From: Eremomyces bilateralis CBS 781.70
Lineage: Eukaryota
Reading direction: 5' to 3' (one strand)
Length of the DNA stretch: 64,000 nt
Assembly: GCA_010015585.1 (NCBI GenBank)
Contig: ML975164.1
Shown: piece after piece, positions 49,539-62,705 of the stretch
Layout of the letters: each line of letters opens with the position of its first letter
Position numbering within the stretch: the first letter of the stretch is position 1
Made by a program: the position numbers and the translations under genes
The notes under the pieces: model-generated
Databases searched by the model: none
What the model was told of the DNA's origin: nothing
What the model saw: only the letters and a program-made list of their open reading frames with translations

Positions 49539-52500
49539 ATGGCATCCACCACCGACGCACGAGCCTCAGAGCTCAAGGAGCAAGGCGCCATCGAAGCCGC
49601 CGCGGATCCCGCACAGCCCGTGACCGCCGCCGACGCAGAGAGAACGATCGTCGAAGAAGCGAAGAAGGCCGGAAGCGCCGCGTACCAATTCGATCCGGAT
49701 GCCTCGGCCGCGGAGAAGGCCGCCCAGGTGAAGGCGGAAATACCCCCAGGGTTGACGAAAGAGCGGAATCCGCGGGCGTCGGCCCTCGTTACAGATATTG
49801 ACGACGGAACCGGCGCGGAATACGACTTGCCTTCGCCTTCGAGGGCGGGGGTGGTGGAGCCGGGTTCGCTGGCGCAGGCCGAGGACGCGAATGGGGCGTT
49901 GTCGGAGGAGGATAAGGAGACGTGGGAGAAGGTGGGGTGGGCGCCGAGATTTGGGATGCCGAAGGTCCTAGGAGAGGACGAAGATGCAAGCTTGCTGGAC
50001 CACCAGACGATGCTAGAGGGGAAGCTCTCGGAAACGCTATACGGAGGTATGCTGAACCCTTAAAGTGGGTGAATCTATACTCACTAATTGACTTCAGACT
50101 GGTACCACAATACGGGGATCATTATCTTCGCCAGTCTTACGAATTGGGTAGTCGGCATCCTCGGTGGTGGCTTAGGATGGGTGTTCATCATTCTGGCATT
50201 CTGCGGTACATACTACCGAACCTCGATCCGCCGCGTACGACGCAACTTCCGCGACGACATTTCCCGCGAAATGGCGAAGACGAAGCTCGAAACCGACACC
50301 GAAACCCTCGAGTGGATCAACAGCTTCCTACTCAAGTTCTGGCCCATTTATGCACCGGTACTTTGCAAGACAATCGTCAGCTCGGTCGACCAGGTCCTAT
50401 CCGTGTCTACCCCTCCTTTCTTGGAAGGCCTGCGCATGAAGACGTTCACGTTGGGCACCAAACCCCCGAGACTGGAACACGTGAAGACCTATCCGAGAGC
50501 GGATGACGACATCGTCTTGATGGACTGGAAATTTAGCTTCACTCCGAATGACACGGCCGATATGACGGCGCGGCAGATCAATATTAAGGAGAACCCGAAG
50601 GTCGTCCTTGAGGTTCGCGTCGGGAAAGGCGTCGTCAGCAAGGGCCTCGACGTCATTGTGGAAGACATGGCGTGCACGGGTCTGATCCGGGTCAAAGTGA
50701 AGCTTCAGCTCCCCTTCCCGCATATCGAACGCGTGGATATCTCCTTCCTGGGACGGCCGGAGATCGACTATGTCTGCAAGCCGATCGGAGGCGACATTTT
50801 CGGTCTGGATATGGGGTTCATTCCAGGGCTGCAGAGCTTTATTATGGAAATGATCCACGGGACGTTGGCACCGATGATGTACGACCCGAACGTTTTCCCG
50901 ATCGAGGTCGCGAAGATGTTGGCGGGAACGCCGGTCGACCAGGCCATCGGTGTGCTGCAGGTGACTTTCCATGGTGCGCAAGGGCTGAAGAACTCCGATA
51001 AGCTTGCAGGGACTCCAGATCCTTACGCGGTAGTCTCGATCAATAACCGCGCCGAGCTTGCCCGCACGAAAACGATTTATGAGAATGCAAATCCACGATG
51101 GGGCGAGACTATCAACGTCATTGTGTCAAGCCTCAAGGACTCGCTTACAGTTCCGATCTATGATTACAACCAGTACCGTAACGACAAGGAGCTTGGTGTT
51201 GCTACGTTCCCTCTCGAGAAGCTGGAGGACGACACAGAGCATGAGAACCTGCAGCTCGAGGTTACGGCGAACGGCAAGGCACGCGGTGTGATACAATGCG
51301 ACGTGCGCTTCTTTCCCGTGCTCGGGGGCCGCAAGCTCGACAATGGGACCGTCGAAGCGCCGCCAGAATCTAGCACTGGCATCTGCCGCTTCAACGTGGA
51401 GCAAGCTAAAGCTTTAGACGGAACGAAGTCCCTCGTTGGGGCCCTTAACCCCTATGCCGTCCTTCTCCTCAACGGAAAGGAAGTGCAAACATCGCACATA
51501 CTCAAACGAACCAACAACCCCATCTGGTCCGACGCTCACAAAGAGCTGCTCATCACGAATCGTAAGACGGCGAAGCTGGGCCTGGTCATCAAAGATGACC
51601 GCGACATTACCGTGGATCCGATCGTTGGCAGCTACCAAATCAAGCTGGACGACCTGATCGACCTGTCCGAAAAAGGCCAAGAATGGTACAACCTCTCGGG
51701 GGCAAAGACCGGCCGTGTCAAGATGTCCGCTCAATGGAAGCCAGTTGCTCTGAAGGGCGCGTTGGGTGGTAGCGGAGGGTACGTGACCCCGATCGGAGTC
51801 TTGCGCTTCCACTTCCGAAACGCACAGAATCTTCCCAACGTGGAGACCCTCGGAAAGAGCGATCCCTATGTCCGCGTGTTGCTCTCCAGCCTCGAGAAGG
51901 GCCGAACCGTGACGTTCAAGAACAACCTGAACCCGGACTGGGACGAGGTCCTCTACGTCCCGGTGCACACGCCGAAGGAGAAGTTGCTCATCGAGGTCAT
52001 GGACTCCGAAAATATGGGACGTGACCGCCAACTCGGCCATATTGAGCTCTCTGCCGCGGACTACGTCTTCGAAGACGTGGAATCCGGCGAGTTCAACGTC
52101 TACGAACCGAAGTCCTACAGCCACACGCTTCGCAGCGGACACGGCGTCCCAGGCAAAGGCACGCTGAACTACTCGGTGGGCTTCTACCCGACGCTGCACG
52201 TCGTGGATCCAGACGAGGAAGAGGAGGAACGGGCGAAGGAGTCGATGGACGGCGCGCCGCGACCGAGCCACGAGACGGGCGAGTCCACCCCGAAGACGAG
52301 CGTCGAGAACGGCAGGAGGAGCGCCGAGTCGGCGGCGACGCCCGACAAGCGTCTCTCCTCGCTGAAGAGCAATGGAAACGGGAAGAACAGCATGGAGTCG
52401 GACGACGGGGCGATCGGGCACGTGGTGCGAAAGGAGCCGCCGAAGATCCGGCTGACGTCTGATGTGTTGCAGCAGTACGGTGAGTATATTGACGATCTAC

Positions 52501-54199
52501 ATCACGAGGCGGAGGGGCTCATAGCATCATTAGATTGTGGTCTTATTATTTTCAAGCTGATCGATGGTCGGTTGGCGGAGGCCGACTGCCATCTGGAGGT
52601 GCTGATGGATGATAACGTCTTCCCGGCATACACGAGCTCGAAAGTCAAAAACAGGACCCATACGTTCAACGAAAGTGAGTTATCCTGCATACCGCTTTTG
52701 CACACGACTGACACTCCTTAGCCGGCGACGCGATGGTTCGTGAGCTCGAGTCCTCCCAGATCACGCTCCGATTGGTTGAGGAGGTCGACAAGAAAGGAGA
52801 GGGCAAAGGCAATAATGTCGTGGCCAAACTGTCCGGCCCGACTATCGACACCCTCCGACGGTGCCTCTACACGCCCACCGAACTGACCATGTCCGATGAG
52901 GACGGACGGCAAAGTAAGGTGACCGTATCCCTCAAATACCTCCCCGTGAAGATGCGCCTCGACCCATCCGAGTCCTTTAACAATCAAGGCGAACTCCGTG
53001 TCGAGGTCGTCGACGCCGCCGACCTGCCCGCCGCCGATCGGAACGGCTACTCGGATCCGTTCTGCAAATTCGTCCTGAACGGCAAGTCGGTGCACAAAAC
53101 AGAAACGCAGAAGAAAACCCTCCATCCCGCCTGGAACGAGATCTTCACCGTGTCCATCAAATCTCGCACCGCCGCCAAATTCGAAGTGGACGTCTACGAC
53201 TGGGATTTCGGTGACTCGGCCGACTTCCTAGGCAAAGCCGCTATCAACCTGGACGCCCTCGAGCCCTTCCAGAAGCAGGAAGTGACTCTTGGCCTGGACG
53301 GCAAATCCGGCGTCGTCCGCCTCCGCATACTCTTCAAGCCGTCCTACGTCATGCGCACCCGCCAAGGCTCCTCCACCTTCCAAGGAACCTTCGCGAAGCC
53401 CGGCACCATCGTCGGCGCCCCCATCAAAGGCGTCGGCAAAGGCGCCGTCCTCGTCGGCGGCTCCGTAATCAAAGGTGCCAGCTTCATCCGCCACGGCTTC
53501 AAAGGCAAGAAATCCAAGCCCGCTGCCGTCCCCGACGAGGACTCCACCCTCCCCTCCACCACCTCCAGCATCGACGGCAACGGCAACGGCGCGGCCACAC
53601 CCGAACGCCGCGCCAACGACCCCCTCCCCTCCATCGAGACTACCCCCTCGCCCTACGCCCACACCCGCCACAAGTCCTCCGGTGCCGCCTCCTACATGTC
53701 CGGCATCGGCGGCTCGCCCGGCGGCGCCGACATGGGCGTTGCGCACGTCGCCATCCTCGCCGCTAGTGGCTATCCCACCGGCACGAACGTGCGCGTGCAC
53801 GTGCACACCGTCCTCCCCAAAGCCAAAGAGATCCTCAAAACCAAGGCGCAGAAACTCGGCGCGGACGGCGGCGACGTGCGCTGGGACGGCGCGGCCGCGG
53901 AGGAAGTCAAGCTATCTGCGCCGGCGGACGCGCAGTTCAAACTTGTGGTCAAAGATCACAGCACGTGGAAGGTGGACGACGAGCTCGGCGAGGCGGCGTT
54001 CTTCATCGACGATCAGGGGACGAGCGAGGGGGTGGAGCGGAGCGTGGTAGTGGGCGGGGGGACGGTGGTGTTGAAGACGTGGTTTGTGGCGGCAGATGCA
54101 GAGGAGGGGGGGAAGCATGGGGGGAGCTTGAGTCCGGGGAAGGCATTGCGGAAGGGGCCGAGCGTGTTGAGGAGGGATCGGAGCGCAACCCCGGCGTAG
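49539..54199 (+). CDS. TCB2: Tricalbin / extended synaptotagmin (TM hairpin, SMP domain, multiple C2 domains)
   Basis: Hydrophobic hairpin after DWYHNTG, SMP domain (ETLEWINSFL.KFWP..FTLGTKPPR), C2 domains (GTPDPY, GKSDPYV, ADRNGYSDPF..YDWD). Introns 50047-50097, 52480-52533 and 52675-52721. Which TCB paralogue this is remains uncertain. Confidence 0.92.
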
Positions 54200-54614
54200 G
54201 GGGGTGGAGTCGTTGACGGCGGTTTTGTGAGACGTCTTGTTTCTTTTTTTCAAAAATTTCTTAGTAGGAGGGGGGACGGTGTGGGGCTTCTCCGAGGATG
54301 AATGGTCTCCTTGGTTCGGTGATGGGTGTTCAGCGTTGATTACGGATACCATTGGTTTTTTTGCTATGATTATTTATCGGAGGGGCACGAGCGTTACGTT
54401 TGCGGGGCAGGGTTGTGTAGCCTTTCAAAATTTCATAGTTGTTCTGAAAAATAAGCGATTAAAGCGAGAGCCGAGCAGGATGAGATGTCGTGAGATCGGT
54501 ATATGGAGGTGGTATCTGTCGTAATGAATTTCCCAAGCCTATCCCCATCATATATCAGGTCTACTCTTAAGGCACGCCAAGCAACCAAAGATCGAACATC
54601 CCCTCTCGAGTCTC

Positions 54615-57600
54615 CTACCAAATCAACCCCCCACCACCCCCCATCCCGACTCTATGCCACTCTTTCCACTCCTCTCCCCTCAACGTCCCCAACGTCCCTA
54701 ACGTCCGGAAATCCACCGGCTCGCCCATCTCCGCATCGCCCTCTCGACCCGTCGGCTCCAGTTCGCCAACACCGTCGGCCTCTCCATCCCCGGTTTCTAC
54801 GGGATGCGCCTCCTGAAGCAGCGAGTCGAACTCCGGGAATTGCTTGCTCGCGAACTTGGCGAGATTTACTCTGTTAGTCTCGATGTTCGCGCTCGTCCAT
54901 GCGGGATTGCTGCTGGCGGCCTGAATCTGTGTCCCTTCACCTGTCATCTCATGATCCACCTCCTGATCAACGGGGGTAATTTCGAGGAAATACTTTCTCG
55001 CGAACTTGGCGAGGTCCACGCTCCCATTCTCGATATCCGCGCTTGCCCATGCGAGATCGCTCTCGGTGGGATACATCTTGTTTTCCCCTATCATCTCACA
55101 ATCCACACCCTGGTCAACAGGGGTGATTTCGGGGAAATTCCCGCTCGCTAGACCCGCGATATCCACTCCCCTACTCTCCATGCCGAAGCTACCAAAGGGG
55201 CCGCTGACTATGTTATTGAGCGGGATGGGGTTCGGGTCGGCCACGTTGCGGTGGACTGGGATACCTTCTATCGCCATGGTTGGGTGGATCCATGAGGTGG
55301 CGTTGCTCCGCGGCGTGACGACGAAGCCCTTTGGTTGATCTCGGCCGACATCACTTGGTAGGAGGGACGGGTGGAAGCGGTGGAGGTGGGAGCTTCCCTG
55401 GGTGAGGGGTGTTATGTTCGCGAGAGTCGGGTCCGTCTGCCAGTTTAATGGCGCGCTCCATGGCGCGGCGGTGTTCGAGCTATGGCGTTGATTGAACCCG
55501 CCATTTGTTCTCGACCGCTTGACAGCGCCATCCCCTTGAGAATCGTTATGAGGTATGCTTCCCCGTCGAGTGGGGACGAGGCTGAGGCTGGGTTTTGCGA
55601 AGCTGCCATTGAATGGTGATTCCCCGCCACGGAGCTCTTCCATTACAGTGCGCAGGACAAGCGACATGCGCTGTGCAGGCTGGAAGGTCACAGTCATTTC
55701 TTGGAGGGCGCCGTAGAGGATGTCGAGGTATTGCATCTTGGCTTGGCGGTCCGAAGAATCTTTGATGAATGCGAGATCGACGACTAAGGCGGTGGCAGCG
55801 GATACCTATTGACTGATTGTCAGTGAATTTCATAACGGAACCCTTGGAGTGGCTTACAGCATTCTGCATTCCTGTGACAAATATCTGCTTTATATCAAAC
55901 CGCTGCCTATGTGTCGAGAAGATCTTCGCAATCCTGATAGCGTGCTTGGTGCAAATGTCGCGGCTCAAGGATGAGCAAGGGCCCTCAAATCCGCTATTTC
56001 TTACATGGTTTCCAGTCCCATTTTCATTTTCATTGGGATTCGGGCCTGCATACATAGCGTATGGCCGATGAAGGCAGATGAGCAAGGCGTGATACTGCTG
56101 ATGGAGTACGAAGAAGGAGAACGGCGCGCTATCGATGTTCGCTTGAGTCCATTTCAAGATCTCTGGCAACCGCTCATACCATCGGTTAAATTCTCGGTCA
56201 AGAGCAGCGATTCGACGATAGGAATTCCGCGCTATCTCCGCATCGATCGGGGACTCCGAGTCTATGTGTTCCGTGATTTTGCCAGCCAGCTCCAGGAGAT
56301 CGAGAATGGCCTCGTATATCTGGGTTTCCCAAGACTTTCCAGGTCCAGCCGGGCGATAGGTGCCTAGTCGCTCGAAATGTCTTGAAAGGTTGTTGATCTC
56401 TAGGTCGGATGGTTTCATCGACGGTGGTCTGCCAAGGAAGAGCGCCCAATGTTTATCGTAGATGACACAGGACCAAAATGCTAACCGACGGGTCTCAACT
56501 TCGCGTTCGGAAAGGGCGGATGATCGAATGTCGAGATGCAAACCGATATCGAAAGCTTGCCTATACGGCGCATAAGCCTCACTGGACACTTGAGTACCAA
56601 GAAGGACATCTTCTCTTACCGAATAGCCATCCCCGTATAAAGCCAGCCAACATTTTCCCGTCCAACACCGCACTCCAAATCGCTTACGAGAAGTAGTGCT
56701 ATGACAGTCGGTATCCCCCCTGGCCGCTCCAGTTCCGAATCGAGTATGTACTTCGCTTCCCGATGCAGAGTACTCTCTTTCCGTGGTAGTGTGATTCGTT
56801 GTATATCTGGACGAGTCTTGTCGGCAAATCGAAAGCCCATTGCAAGAATGCATATGTGCAAGAACCCGCTGTAAAACTGGGTACGCCCGCTGTTTCGATC
56901 TTCCAGGAATGCGTCTTGATGAATCACGTGGACTACATTGTTATAATACTTCCAGAAGAGCCCGATCAAGTAATCATGTGTATCAACGGGCAGCCGTTCG
57001 ATGACCTGCTCTGCTCGTCGAGCCTGCTCCGCCGACCCCGCGGAGTCTTCTAAGGACGAGCCAAATCCCGAATGGACGTGCGGGATGGTCGTAGGGCCGT
57101 AGTACCGAAGCCTTTCGTTAAGTTGGTCGAACGAGAGATGTCCACTGGTCCCTAGGAGTCGGTGGATCATGCCTTCGCCCTTGCTCTTATTTAAGCTCAC
57201 TCCTCGGTAACTTGATGCGCGGTCCGCATCACCAGTCAATTGCCACTCGGAGCCAATCTGTTGGCCGTGATTCTGCTTGAATTGCTCCATGGATATATGT
57301 GTGAACTCTTGTTGTGCGTGACTAGAGCCTGGACTGGAGTCCCTCTCCTTAGATTCTCCACCAGGAGAGGCAACGCAACTTTGGGCAACGGAAGGAATTT
57401 TCAGCAGTTTTGCTTTGGATGATGCTGCGATTGCAGATGTTCGATTCGTGGTCGCACCAGGGTTAGGTACACCGTGAGAAAGAAGGGAAGACATATAATT
57501 TCCTGGGATTTGCCGGCTCGGAGATATCCCCTCATTTTTCATATGTCTGGACATTGGTGGATATTGAGCTGGTGGAGGTTCGATGTTGTGTTCCCGGAGC

Positions 57601-58013
57601 AGGTTTTCCAAAAGAGCGACTCGGTCCGTCAAGGAACACATATAAGCTCGCGAGATAGGTCTTCAAATTGTGAGAATGTGTTTAACGGTTGCTCGAGATT
57701 TGGGTCCCACTCACCTTCTTCTTTCATCGTCATTCTTGATGATGCATTCAGCACCGGACTTTTTGCATTGAGTGCATACTGTCTTTCCAGGCGGTACCAC
57801 GCACTGTGGAAGATTAGTTGCCTATCTTGCTCGCGAAGACTTCAGTGGCCGTACTCGTATCCGCCTGTCTCTACATGAAGCACATGCGACGGACGCCCTA
57901 TACCTCGACTTTTGCCGTTTGAACCCTTCTGACTGTAGGTCTATTTGAATCTGCTCTTCTGACTCGCCTGGGTACTCCCTAGGGTTATCGTTCCCATTTG
58001 TTTCTCCGGGCAT
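54615..58013 (-). CDS. Zn(II)2Cys6 transcription factor with a fungal-specific TF domain
   Basis: Removing intron 57804-57854 gives ACASCRDRRIR-CVVPPGKTVCTQCKKSGAEC. Also WLYTGMAIRQAFDIGLH and RRLAFWSCVIYDKHWALFLGRP. Other introns about 57662-57714, 56561-56619 and 55806-55857; all joins stay in frame. Confidence 0.92.
54829..55180 (-). repeat. Intragenic tandem duplication, ~147-150 nt unit, about 2.3 copies
   Basis: ctcgcgaacttggcgag occurs at 54847 and 54997, with a diverged copy at about 55144. Protein units: (F)PEITPVDQGVDCEM..LAWASADIE..VDLAKFA and FLEITPVDQEVDHEM..PAWTSANIE..VNLAKFA. Confidence 0.85.
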
Positions 58014-59284
58014 GTTCAGGTCGCAGGTGCTGAAGATGCTTCAAATTGAAAGGACAGAAGGACGACAACGATATCAACGCTATTATATATAGATGTTATT
58101 GAGGGGTGCAACGAAAACAAGATTCGGAAAAGAAGGAGAAAAGGGTTCATGCAACTGGAAGGAACCCGTCCAAAGTTTTCGATCTGTTGCCCGGAGGTAG
58201 TACCGGCTGATGAAGCGACTAGGTTAGCCTAAGGTAAACCCCTCCATGTCGCATTGCTCGCAATAGCCCCTGCGGCCTGCGGGGTTCCCCATGGCGACTG
58301 GACAATGGTCTCTGGAGGTCCAACATGTGCCTATAAAGTGTAAGGCTGCATCGTGTACGTAATAGTGTAGTTTGTACACGGCGGACTCACAACCCTAAAG
58401 TCTGGAATTTCCTTGCCCAGGCGACTGACCACAGTGCTAGAAAGCTCGCATGCGATCGACTGCAAAGAATTGAGCTGCTCAGGCGCCCAATCGAAGGCGG
58501 CTTGGAATCAGTGGATCATAGCGGCAAGGGGGCTCGGTTTAGAGAGACTACTATGGTAAAGAGGCGAGTTCGGGTAACTTTGGGAGCCTGCTCGACATTT
58601 ACTCCTTCTACCCGTCGATTGGCTGTGGATGATCAGATCAGTCGAATGGCATTTAAAATGATACCTTCTCCGTACTTTCTCTTCAATACCTGGCTCGGCC
58701 GTATTGTGTACCTAGTGCTCTGGTATCCCATGCGTCAATTGCATCCACGGTCCCCGCGCATCGACGGTTGCGAACTAGAGGCAAGACATCCATTCGACCA
58801 TTCCAGCGTTCAGGGTCGATTTCCGGCCCTTACCGAATCACTCGGTTGTTTGCCCTCCCGCCTCATTAGCGTTATGACCAATTCCCTGCCACGAACTCCC
58901 TACGCTATGAAAAGTGTTTGAGTTCTTTGGGAGTGCGGGAGCCGACCAGCCGAGAGATGGCCGTGAGGTTGAGAGGAGGTTGACAGATGAGCGATGTGAT
59001 TGGTCGATGCTACGAGTCAAGGCACTAGTGCGCGAGTCATGTTCGAAAATATCTCAGCGATTCCAAGTCAAGTAATAATTAACTATCTACTTGCAATGGT
59101 AATAATACCGTACGCTTCTACGACGCTAGATATCTACACCACGGACATCATGGTGAGATCCTCTGAAGGAGGATAAGATGGTGGTGACCCTAAAACGTTT
59201 GTAAACTATAGGATTGCTCCTAACACGTCTCCCAAAAATATATCCAGTCTATTAACAGTCTATCAAACAGAAGTTGGACCGGAA

Positions 59285-61056
59285 CTACAACCTCGCCTTG
59301 AGTTTACCCTCTTTCTGAAGAATAGGTGCGTCACGCTTCGCCCATTCCTTCATGACCTTCCGCATAATCTTCCCGCTCGCAAGTTTAGGGACCTCGTCAA
59401 TGAAAGCAACTCCACCGACAAGAGCCTTGTGCTTTGCAACACGTCCAGCAATCCACTTCTGGATATCCTCTTCGGTAAATTTGCCTTTATATTCGTCTTT
59501 GAGAGTCACGTATGCTCGAGGCCACTCCTCTTCATGCAAAGTAATGCCAACAACAGCCGCATCGGCGACGGCATCATGCTCTAGGAGTGCGGCTTCGAGT
59601 TCGGCCGGTGCAACTTGGAGGGCGTTGACCTTAATCAGCTCCTGTATGTCGTCAGCTAGGCATATAAGATGAGGAGTTCGAGGACTGTACCTTCTTTCGG
59701 TCAACAATCCAGAACCAGCCTTTCTTCACAATCGCAACATCCCCAGTCTTGAACCATCCATCCGGGCTCAGGGACTCCTTTGTGGCCTCCTCGTTTCGCC
59801 AATAACCCAAGCAGATATTAGGTCCTCGGACGAAGATCTCACCAGGCTCGCCTTCTGCCACCTCCTTCCCGTCGTCGTCAAGAAGCTTGCATTCTATATT
59901 CGGGTGAAGTTGACCGACGCTTCCGGAACTGGCAACATTTAGAACTCATCACTTAAGAGAGGAATAGGCGTAAGGCATACTTGTCGCTGATACCACCAGC
60001 CACGAGCGTCGCGCCGCAAGTGACCTCCGTCATCCCCCAACCTTGAATAACCTCGATGCCGAACCGTTTCGAAACCTCATTTTGGAGCTCGCGTGATAGG
60101 GGAGCAGCGCCGCACATGCAATCCGTCACGCTACTGAGATCATATTTCTTCGTCTCAGGACGCTTTGCAAGCATGACGAGCATCGGCGGGGCAGCCTGAA
60201 GATGCGTAATTCGATGAGTCTGAATCACACGAAGGTACGGTTCGAATCCGAACTTCTCCATGACGTAGATCGGGACACGGAGCTTGATGCACATCATCAT
60301 GGCCCACAACTGTCCATACGCGTGGTAAAGGGGAAGTGCCCCAACCCATCGCTCTGGAGGATGATTGTGTGCCTTCCACTTCTTGTGCGCGTACTTCATA
60401 ATCAAGTGCTGCTCCACGTTGGCTACAAGATTGGCATGGCTGATCATAACGCCCTTGGGAAGTCCAGTGGTCCCGGACGAATAGTTGACGGTAGCGACCG
60501 TAGTCGTGGATTCGGACGGGGTCATTGGTCGGAATTGATAGGCGTCTGCTTCTTGCTCGCTTCCGAGAATAGCTCTCCAGTCTTTCATGCCGTCGAATGA
60601 TTCGGTCGGTCGTTGAGAGAAAAGATAAACGCTTTCTCGAGGGAGGCCAGCTAGAACGGCACCTTCGACAGTTATGCTTGCGACAGAGGGGTGCGCAAAG
60701 ACGACTTTGGTCTGCGTGTTCTTGATCTGATATGCCATCTCTTGGACCGTGTAGATAGGATTAGCACCACTGAACACTCGTCTAGACCCAACGATTCCAA
60801 GATAGGCAACAGGAACGAAGATATGGTTGGGAGTGTGAATCATAACCGCCTCGTTCTCTTTGATCCCCAGCCTGTCTAGCCCAATTGCCAGGCGCTTCAC
60901 CCATTGTAACAACTGCCGAGGGGAGAGATTTTCAGAGGTGTCTGCCGCACTAATCCAGAGAGGATCTTCCGAGGGAGTGCTCCCTGGAGGGAATAAGTAT
61001 GTCAAGACATCGGTCTGGGGGAGATCGAGATCTGGGAAAGTCGATTTGAACGGCAT
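59285..61056 (-). CDS. 4-coumarate:CoA ligase-like AMP-dependent acyl-CoA ligase, probably peroxisomal
   Basis: ANL-family motifs YSSGTTGLPKGV, LPLYHAYG, QGWGMTE, GEIFVRGP, WFKTGD, DRKKELIK and PKLASGKI; C-terminal -ARL is a PTS1. Introns 59929-59980 and 59642-59690. Confidence 0.92.
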
Positions 61057-61937
61057 GGTGAGCGAGTAACAATGGTTAGCCAGAATCTGGATTGAGGGAT
61101 TGTGCTCGCTGAGAAGCATTGAGTTGCATCTCGATCGCCATTTTGACCCCACACTCGGACGGAACCTTCGCTTGAGATACCGTCCGTCTTGTTATCAAGC
61201 CCGAGGGTGTGTTGTGTACAGCCGAAGATACCGATTTTGTTAGTACCGGTATCGGGAAGTTAGCCGGATATAAGCCGGTAATTAGTTAAAATCACTACAG
61301 AGGGAGAGGCTTGGCGCGGGGCATCATCCCCAGACCCTAGTGGGGAATATTGACATATCGAAGGCGTCAAACTTCCAAGGAGAGGCCTAACCTTTAGATT
61401 ATGTGAAAACGACATGAAAATCATCTATTAACTCCGTCCAATTGAGGTTGCCGCCTATTACCTATGCCGTGAGCCCATCGCGTGGTGAGGGGAGGGTGGA
61501 CGAAATGGATGGCCCCTGCCTTTGATCTCTAGCCTAAGGTCAGAAGAAACTAACAATTGAGCGTTTTCAACGCCCTACGGGTACTTCCGCACATATGTGT
61601 TCGAGGTCAGGAAAAAAAGAAAGTATCGTCATCATCATCCATAATCCGATTTGCCTTATATCGATATCTGTTCGTTGAATGACGGTGGTAGAGAATCAAG
61701 ACCCTAGATAAACCTTCCACACGGTGGCCTCAGCGACATCTCCTGATGCTAGAAGCGATGGAGTATCAGAAGCAGCCGGAAAGGAGACCTGGAGTAGATC
61801 TAACCCTGGTCGAGTTCCCCGTATACGATATATAGACTTCATAAATGGGATGTAATTGGAACAATATAAATGCTCGAATACGTGTATCAGCAGGTAAGTA
61901 AAGTTTTGACAAGGCCGTTGCCGTCATAATATCAAAA

Positions 61938-62705
61938 TCATGCAACGTGAGCAGTATTACCAAAAGCCTTCAGAAGGTTGAACGTGGAGACCTTCTTTGC
62001 TTGCTTTCGCAAGTACTCCGCCGCCTCCTTTTGTCCTTCAGGAGTGGTGAATTCCGCCTATTGACTGTTAGCACTTAAACCAGGATACTGTCTCTAGTAC
62101 ACTCACAATGTAAAGATGCTTCGCCGGCGGCGGGGTCTCAGTTTCCCCCTCTGCACCTCCCATTATCATCGCAAAGTAGTTATTGTACTGTCGCACACGC
62201 GCGGGGTTGCTCGGCACTTCGTTTCCGTTTAATGGCGAGTCGAGGTCAGCAACAGTGATGTATGGTGCGGGACCTAAGAGCAACGTTAGTCCAATGATGT
62301 CGGATCATGGCACATCAACCTACCTGAAGCAGATCCTTCGGGCTCGTTGACATCGCCGAGGGTATAAAACCTTGTAGCGAAGTTCGCCACGTCGAAGATG
62401 AAATTATTTGGGCCAGGCAAAATGTCACTGTGAGCCGGAAGGGTGAAGAACTCCTGACTGCCCAGAAATTTCACATTTCGAAGCGGATAAAGCGCCAGAT
62501 ATGGGCGTTCGACAGGCTCCGACTCGGTGGTATAGTATCTAAAGCCCGAATCGAAGCCATCGGTTGATGCCTTGAAGATTTGCGGGATATGGACCTCTTC
62601 GTACCATTTCGTGAACAACTCCGGTGACAAGTCGTCCGGTTTAGAGATTTTGGAATTGACGTAGAACAGACCAGGGCCCGTCGGACCAGTTCCGGTCTCC
62701 GCCAT
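61938..62705 (-). CDS. Hypothetical protein, EthD-like / dimeric alpha-beta barrel
   Basis: GLFYVNSKI..ELFTKWYEEVHIPQI..RPYLALY resembles fungal EthD-like proteins. Introns 62274-62323 and 62058-62106 keep the frame to a stop at 61938. Confidence 0.65.

Noticed and set aside
16552..52533. Several stop-free in-frame 54-57 nt introns (JHD1 16552-16605, AVO2 27119-27175, 46269-46322, tricalbin 52480-52533) as a regulated intron-retention system
   Set aside because: This is the typical intron length here, about a third of introns will be multiples of three, and short introns often lack stops. Nothing suggests more than chance.
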